From: Caecitellus pseudoparvulus
Taxonomy: Eukaryota; Protista; Bigyra: Bicosoecida
Assembly: GCA_965644315.1 (NCBI GenBank)
Contig: CBFFRQ010000080.1
Location: 124,001-188,000, forward strand
DNA length: 64,000 bases
Reading direction: 5' to 3'
Within the stretch, counting starts at the first letter, position 1. Each line of letters begins with the position of its first letter. Of this stretch, positions 60,137 through 64,000 are shown piece after piece. Both the position numbers and the translations under genes were made by a program. The notes under the pieces were generated by a model. It did not search any database. It was not told the DNA's origin and saw nothing but the letters and a program-made list of their open reading frames with translations.

Positions 60137-60290
60137 GGCAGGGTTTCGTCGTTTCGTCTGCGAAACACACTGCGCTTCACCTAGCATTCGGGGCGCCAGA
60201 GCAGGAAGAAAACAGAAGGCGTCTCCCCAAGTTGGAAATGGGGCATGTGCACTCCATGTATGTATTTTGCACGCCACTTGCACACTGCAG

Positions 60291-63200
60291 CTACATCAGC
60301 TCTTCCACTCGGGCAGCCGCCACTTTGGCCTGGTCTGCGGTCATGCCATGCGTGAGGCTCATGGCCCCATGTTCCGCATGTGCACGCCGATCTCTCTCCG
60401 TCCCAGCTAAAAAACCCTCCAGTCCCCCTTGAGCAGCTTGTAGTGCTTGCAGCGCTGCTGCCGCAGCCGGCCAGTCGTGCCCATCTGCTGCCGTGCAGTG
60501 CATCAGCTGCTGCAGTGGTTGCAACAACCCAAGCAGGGCCTGAGCAGGCGCTTGCGCCATGGAAAAGACGCTGTCCACGCCCCCATACGCTTCTTCTTCT
60601 CCAATAGTACTGCCTGTGTCTGTGCGGGCCCTGGGAGACGCCTGAGTGTCCCTCCGCGAAGCTGCCAGGACACTTGATGTGGAGCCTGGGCGAGGTGGTG
60701 GTGAGGGCGGGTCCACGCCGCTGCGCTTGCTGGTGTCAAACACCCCTTGAGCAGAGATGCGGCAGTCTTTGCCAAACTCTCTCGCTGCGGCACGCCTGAG
60801 CATGCGAAGCATTCTCCACGCGCCGGCTGAGCGCAGAGCAGCACATGCCTCGCTCGCTGCGGTGCAGAAGGCCAGCACACTGCGGACAAATGCAGGGATT
60901 TCGCTCAGGGCGCCCTCCACCTCCCCGCGCCCGATGCGAACGGAGAGCAAGCGAGCACCTGCGCGACCCAGGGAGTCCTGTGCCGCCAGCTCCCCACCCC
61001 AGGCCTCCAGCCGCTCACAGCTGCCGAGCAAAGCCTGCACACCAGGCGCATCTTCCGACCCGGCTGCCGTGAGCCTGCACAGGAATGTGCCCAGGGGGAT
61101 GATGCTGCGGGAGAGCGTGCCGCCCACCTCTTCATCCCACACGCGCAGCACCTTGCCCGCCACTGCGCACAGCTGCCGGGCGCTGTGCAGCCACAACGCC
61201 ACCTGCGTCTTGCTGGCTGAGGGGGACAGCTGCTCCACGCTGCTCTCCAGAGTGGCCAGGAGGCGCTGCAGGAGCGCGGACTGCCCACCAGCGGCATCTC
61301 GCCCATCCCCGAATGCAGACAGGTCAAAAGCCCCCCCCCCCTCGCCCACCTCCACCAGGGTCTCGTCCCCCCACCCCTCGCCGGGCGTATCAGGCGCCCC
61401 GGACAGCGACGCCTGGCGTGCCCTGCAACGGTGCTGGCAAGCCGCCTCCACGCTGCTTTGCACTTCGTCCAGTCGCTCCCATGCGTCGCTCGTGCGCACA
61501 CTGGCGGGGTCGGTGTGCGACGAAGCCGATGACTTGGTGCTATGCCTGCTCATGCGTGCCCGTGCGAAGTCAGTGTCAGCTTGCCGTGCCGCGCGCTGCA
61601 AGAGTCCTGGCACGAGGCCCCCTGCCACAGCCTCCAGAGGGGCGATGTACGTCGCAACGAGGAGGTTTAGGGTGCTGACCATGGCGGCATGGCGGTCCAG
61701 CAGCTCGCACACCGCCGACGCGCGCAGCGCACTCGTGTCGAGCTGACTGCTGCCGGACAGCTCCCCCTCGAAGCCAAGCAGGGGGGGGGCTGGTGCCGCA
61801 CCAGGGCCTGTGTCTGGCGCTGCGCTCACTTCGATCAGGGTCTCTGTCACCTTGAGCAAGGATTGAGATCGAGAAGCAGTCAATGCAACGTGTGCAGGCA
61901 CAACCAGGGGCACGATGCTGGCCAGCACAGGCTGGCAGGCGGCCGCGGGGGTCTGCTGCGCGGCGCAGCCCTTCAACTCGCGCACGGCCTGCGCAAGCGC
62001 CTCCCCGTTCCAGCCCGCCTGCGCCACCGCCTGCACTTCAGCTGCCAAGTCTGCCTCGAGGGACTTATCCGTGTCCACGGGCTTGCCCCGGGCCACGGAG
62101 AGTGAACGGCGTGCCGCCAGCACCGTGCGCATGGAGCTGCGCAGCAACTCTTGAGCCTTGGCTGCCCGGGCCTCCTCCCACAGCTCCCCTGCGCGCTGCC
62201 TGTCCAGGACTGCCGAGTTGAACGCATGCAGACCCTCGAAGAGCTCCTTCAGCGTGCGCAAGGCAGGCGTGTCAGGCAGGTCCGCTGCGTCCCATCCCAG
62301 AGCCGTGCCAAGGGCGCCACTCAGGCGAGGAGCAGTGCCCATGCGCTGCAGGCGCTTCCGGAAGTCGTCCCCCATCCCGCCCAGCGCACTCTCTGCGCGG
62401 CCCCTGGCGCCCCGGCGGGGCGGCGTGTCCGGCCTGCCGGGCGCTGCTTCAGGCACGACGATAGAGACGGACCGCTTGCTTCCCTCTGTGGAAGGGGCCG
62501 TGTCCACCGCAGACCTTACCGCTCGGCGGGCGGGTGGGAGGGCCGGGGGTCCTCGGGAAGCCGCTTGGCTGGCTTCACCCAGCGTGCTCTCCCTGCCATG
62601 GCGGTCTGTGTGCGTGCCCTGGACAAAATCGAAGAAACTCTGGCGCTTGCTGCGCCCTGGACGGGCACCGGCACTCCCGGCAGGAGCTGCGGGCTGCGCT
62701 GAAGGCAACCCTGCGCTCAGCTTGGAGCGCCGGCGGCGTTTTGGAAACAGTCCAGAAGACCGCTCGTGGTCTGAGAGTGGGGGTGCAAGGGGGGGCTGTG
62801 GAGTGGGTGGCAGGGGCGCCCACTCTTGGGAATCCTTTGCACGGAGACCGCTGTCCCACCAGTCTTGAACATGTTCCTGGCCTCCTTTCTTTGGCTGCTG
62901 TGCGGCAGCAGTGTCCTGTGCCGCAGGAGAGGGCTCAGTGCCGGAGTCCGGGGAGGAGTCAGCATCCCCTCCGCCCATCCACGCCGGCAACATGGACTGC
63001 AGGATGCTTTTGCGGGGCTTGCGTTTGGGCGGTGCTGAGGGGGGCACGCCCTGCTCACGCTTGGGTGGCGCAGACTGCGGAGCGTCACCCTTGAGTTCAG
63101 CTAGGGCCTTCTCCCGGAACACGTCAATGAAGTGGTAGTACAGCAGTTCAGTCACGGCTGCCGCTGCTGCGTTCAGCGGCGGTGGCGTGGCCATGCTGCC

Positions 63201-64000
63201 GATGCTGCCTGCTTGGTCAGAGGGTAACAGCGGCAAGGCCGCTGCCTGCCACTGGTGAATGAGTCGCATGGGGTGCGTTCGGGCAGCAAACGCTTCCTGG
63301 GGCACCAGCGCACAGAACTGCGCCGTGATGCGGGGAATGCTGCCTGTGCCCGCGCGCTCACGCTCCGGGAAGGCCCCCGTGAAGCTGACAGCCCGGCTCC
63401 CCTTGTGACTTGCGCCAGCACCGCCTGATGCGATGCCGCCACCCACCTCAGCAAGCGGCAATGTGAGAACGATGCCCCTATCGGCGTCTGGGCGGTTCAA
63501 CAAGGACCGAGCAAAGCTCCCTGCCAGCTTGGGGGCTTCCGTGGGGAGGCCACCTTGGCGCTTGCCTCCTTCAGACTTTCCCCTGCTGCGCTGCTCGGAT
63601 TTTGCAGCGTTCCGCGCGGCTCGTTGCTGACCCCGGCGGTGGGCTGCTAGGCGCTGCAAAATGACTTCCACCCGCACTGAAGTGCGCCCCATGAAGTCAT
63701 CTGCCATGAGGAAATCAGAGTCGTACGCTTCCATGACAATGCTGCCACCAGAACCAGAGATGCCGCTACTGCTGCCGCTACTGTGACCATTGCCGCGCCC
63801 GGCATCAGCCGCACTTGCCTTGGACAACCCTCGCAGCGGAAAGTCAAAGGTGGCCGTGTCCTCCTCCCACACGGGGTTCAAGGTACTCTTCTGCACGGGG
63901 GTCTGCCCGGCTTGGATGCCTGCGTGGAACACACGCACATACGGGTCCGATGACCCCGACAAGTCCATGGCAGGCAAGTCCCGCCCTCGCACCACCCGAA
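60291..64000 (-). CDS. C2-domain protein with a degenerate DH (RhoGEF)-like C-terminus; 5' end outside the window
   Basis: C2: GRDLPAMDLSGSSDPYV..KSTLNPVW..YDSDFLMADDFMG with the Ca-binding Asp residues present. DH-like: RASAVCELL..VSTLNLLVATYIAPL and APAQALL..LQQLMHCT..HDW..AL. Confidence 0.8.
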   Translation of the reverse strand, partial: RVVRGRDLPAMDLSGSSDPYVRVFHAGIQAGQTPVQKSTLNPVWEEDTATFDFPLRGLSKASAADAGRGNGHSSGSSSGISGSGGSIVMEAYDSDFLMADDFMGRTSVRVEVILQRLAAHRRGQQRAARNAAKSEQRSRGKSEGGKRQGGLPTEAPKLAGSFARSLLNRPDADRGIVLTLPLAEVGGGIASGGAGASHKGSRAVSFTGAFPERERAGTGSIPRITAQFCALVPQEAFAARTHPMRLIHQWQAAALPLLPSDQAGSIGSMATPPPLNAAAAAVTELLYYHFIDVFREKALAELKGDAPQSAPPKREQGVPPSAPPKRKPRKSILQSMLPAWMGGGDADSSPDSGTEPSPAAQDTAAAQQPKKGGQEHVQDWWDSGLRAKDSQEWAPLPPTPQPPLAPPLSDHERSSGLFPKRRRRSKLSAGLPSAQPAAPAGSAGARPGRSKRQSFFDFVQGTHTDRHGRESTLGEASQAASRGPPALPPARRAVRSAVDTAPSTEGSKRSVSIVVPEAAPGRPDTPPRRGARGRAESALGGMGDDFRKRLQRMGTAPRLSGALGTALGWDAADLPDTPALRTLKELFEGLHAFNSAVLDRQRAGELWEEARAAKAQELLRSSMRTVLAARRSLSVARGKPVDTDKSLEADLAAEVQAVAQAGWNGEALAQAVRELKGCAAQQTPAAACQPVLASIVPLVVPAHVALTASRSQSLLKVTETLIEVSAAPDTGPGAAPAPPLLGFEGELSGSSQLDTSALRASAVCELLDRHAAMVSTLNLLVATYIAPLEAVAGGLVPGLLQRAARQADTDFARARMSRHSTKSSASSHTDPASVRTSDAWERLDEVQSSVEAACQHRCRARQASLSGAPDTPGEGWGDETLVEVGEGGGAFDLSAFGDGRDAAGGQSALLQRLLATLESSVEQLSPSASKTQVALWLHSARQLCAVAGKVLRVWDEEVGGTLSRSIIPLGTFLCRLTAAGSEDAPGVQALLGSCERLEAWGGELAAQDSLGRAGARLLSVRIGRGEVEGALSEIPAFVRSVLAFCTAASEACAALRSAGAWRMLRMLRRAAAREFGKDCRISAQGVFDTSKRSGVDPPSPPPRPGSTSSVLAASRRDTQASPRARTDTGSTIGEEEAYGGVDSVFSMAQAPAQALLGLLQPLQQLMHCTAADGHDWPAAAAALQALQAAQGGLEGFLAGTERDRRAHAEHGAMSLTHGMTADQAKVAAARVEELM

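Overview
Gene-dense, GC-rich eukaryotic genomic DNA with short GT-AG introns (about 65-75 nt where I mapped them). The histone sequences (H3 '[11 protein letters not shown]', H2B 'MAKTPSKK') and ciliary genes (CFAP57-like, dynein LC4) suggest a flagellated stramenopile, possibly a bicosoecid; this is inference. The main structure is two near-identical, intronless core-histone quartets (H2B/H2A and H4/H3 divergent pairs) forming ~2.8-kb inverted repeats (5155-7971 and 35757-38572) about 28 kb apart. All eight histone genes end in a 16-nt replication-dependent-type stem-loop with a non-canonical loop (GGTGTT-ACTC/CATC/CCTC-AACACC-ACC). In each gene it is preceded by an A/C-rich linker and a second GC-rich hairpin, and no purine-rich downstream element is visible. 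Other genes, in order: a split cNMP-binding-domain protein missed by the ORF track, a 37-aa-period ankyrin protein, a GT34 glycosyltransferase, a possible Med11, an SCP2-ABC1 kinase-beta-lactamase fusion, a >3000-aa CFAP57-like protein, a full ABCA transporter, DNAJC22, a lysine methyltransferase, a FERM-WW protein, an OFCC1-like protein, NOP10, an RGLG/copine-like vWA protein, an SH3BGR-like protein, NOC4, dynein LC4, a GBP with RN in place of the RD motif, an alpha/beta hydrolase and a C2-degenerate DH protein. I found no tRNA, rRNA, CRISPR array or transposon. All family calls come from motif recognition by eye, not from searches.
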